64,000 nt of DNA, from positions 65,336-129,335 of the forward strand of contig CACASI010000003.1 of NCBI GenBank assembly GCA_902535055.1, given 5' to 3'. The translations under genes and the position numbers were made by a program. Origin of the DNA: an uncultured Candidatus Actinomarina sp. Lineage in GTDB: Bacteria > Actinomycetota > Acidimicrobiia > Actinomarinales > Actinomarinaceae. How positions within the stretch are numbered: the stretch's first letter is position 1; each line of letters begins with the position of its first letter. This document shows positions 62,966 through 64,000 of the stretch, in pieces. The notes beneath the pieces are model-generated. The model saw nothing but the letters and a program-made list of their open reading frames with translations. It had not been told where the DNA came from and made no database searches.

Positions 62966-64000
62966 TTATCTAATTATATTTTGCTTTCTTTCTGGTCCAA
63001 CAGATATATATTTAATTGGTATTTCTGTAAATTCTTCAATGAAATTTATATAAGTTTGTGCACTTTCTGGAAGTTTATTAAATTCTGTAATTGAAGATAT
63101 ATCATCATTCCACCCCTCAAACGATTTATATATAGGTGTTGATTTTTCTAGAATATCCTCAACTAAAGGGTAATCAGTTAATTCCTGATCTTTAAATTTG
63201 TAACCTACACAAATATTGACCTCATCTAAACCAGTTAAAACATCTAACTTTGTAATAAACAATTCACTCAAAGAATTTATTCTTGCTGAATATTTAAGTG
63301 AAACAAGATCTAACCAGCCACATCGTCTTCGTCTACCAGTCACAGTTCCAAATTCAGCACCTTTCTCAATTAAATAATCTCCTATTTTATTACTCTGTTC
63401 AGTCATGAAAGGACCAGTGCCTACCCTAGATATGTAAGCTTTTGTAACACCAACAACCTTTTCAAAATTTAATGGTCCTATTCCAGAACCAATTGACGCA
63501 TTGCCCGCGCTGGTATTTGAACTTGTTACAAATGGATAAGTTCCATGATCAATGTCTAGTAATGTACCCTGAGCTCCTTCAAAAAGAATATTTTTATTTT
63601 CTTTTATAGAATTTGAAATAAATAATGAAGTATCTGTCGATAAGGATTCAATTAATTCGCGAAAAGTTTCATACTCAGATAATATTTCATCAAAATTTAA
63701 AGCTTTTCCTTTATAAATTTCTTCAATAATTTTATTTTTTTCGTTTAAGTTTTCTTGTAATTTGGATTTAAATTTTTCCGGTGATAAAAAGTCTTGTATT
63801 CTTATACCTTTTCTTTGAATTTTATCTCCATAACATGGGCCGATGCCTTTTTTAGTGGTGCCTATTTTTCGATCGCCTAAGCTTTCTTCTATCAATTCAT
63901 CGAGGACTTTGTGATAAGGCATAATAATATGTGCGTTGTAAGAAAGTTTTAAATTTGAAGTATCAATATTTTTCTGATTTAAACTATCAATTTCTTTTTT
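62966..64000 (-). CDS. purA: Adenylosuccinate synthetase (5' end outside window)
   Basis: The frame stays open to the window edge (..LSYNAHIIMPYHKVLD..GTTKKGIGPCYGDK..GTVTGRRRRCGWLD..). Confidence 0.95.
   Translation of the reverse strand, partial: KKEIDSLNQKNIDTSNLKLSYNAHIIMPYHKVLDELIEESLGDRKIGTTKKGIGPCYGDKIQRKGIRIQDFLSPEKFKSKLQENLNEKNKIIEEIYKGKALNFDEILSEYETFRELIESLSTDTSLFISNSIKENKNILFEGAQGTLLDIDHGTYPFVTSSNTSAGNASIGSGIGPLNFEKVVGVTKAYISRVGTGPFMTEQSNKIGDYLIEKGAEFGTVTGRRRRCGWLDLVSLKYSARINSLSELFITKLDVLTGLDEVNICVGYKFKDQELTDYPLVEDILEKSTPIYKSFEGWNDDISSITEFNKLPESAQTYINFIEEFTEIPIKYISVGPERKQNIIR

Overview
This is an AT-rich (by eye about one-third G+C), tightly packed chromosomal segment. Gene content points to a streamlined, probably marine, actinobacterium: gyrA followed by a DUF3566 gene, crgA, PASTA kinase pknB plus pstP, DUF3159, PAC2, ribosomal protein bS22, lnt, dcd and ask-asd. 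I can support about 70 protein genes and 7 tRNAs (Ile-GAU, Ala-UGC, all four Ser isoacceptors, Arg-ACG). I read three riboswitches directly from the sequence: cobalamin at ~2.9 kb (+), TPP at ~20.5 kb (-) and a SAM-I-clan element at ~29.4 kb (-). Several small genes fall below the ORF-track cutoff. The most interesting items are: (1) an unannotated SelW/Rdx-family selenoprotein gene (57299-57535) whose in-frame UGA is the exact centre of a perfect 21-nt palindrome; (2) an 8-gene plus-strand operon (6149-12853) combining a MacB-type tripartite ABC system with four paralogous two-repeat Cys-motif lipoproteins and a degenerate metzincin; (3) a translationally coupled tandem pair of paralogous 31-35 aa hydrophobic peptide genes in a region the ORF track leaves empty; (4) substitutions at normally invariant catalytic or ligand residues (Lnt Cys->Ser, TadA Cys->Asp, metzincin His->Asn, GyrA QRDR positions). 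I saw no CRISPR array, transposase, integrase, phage genes or recognisable defence island. All family assignments come from motif recognition by eye and need HMM or covariance-model confirmation.
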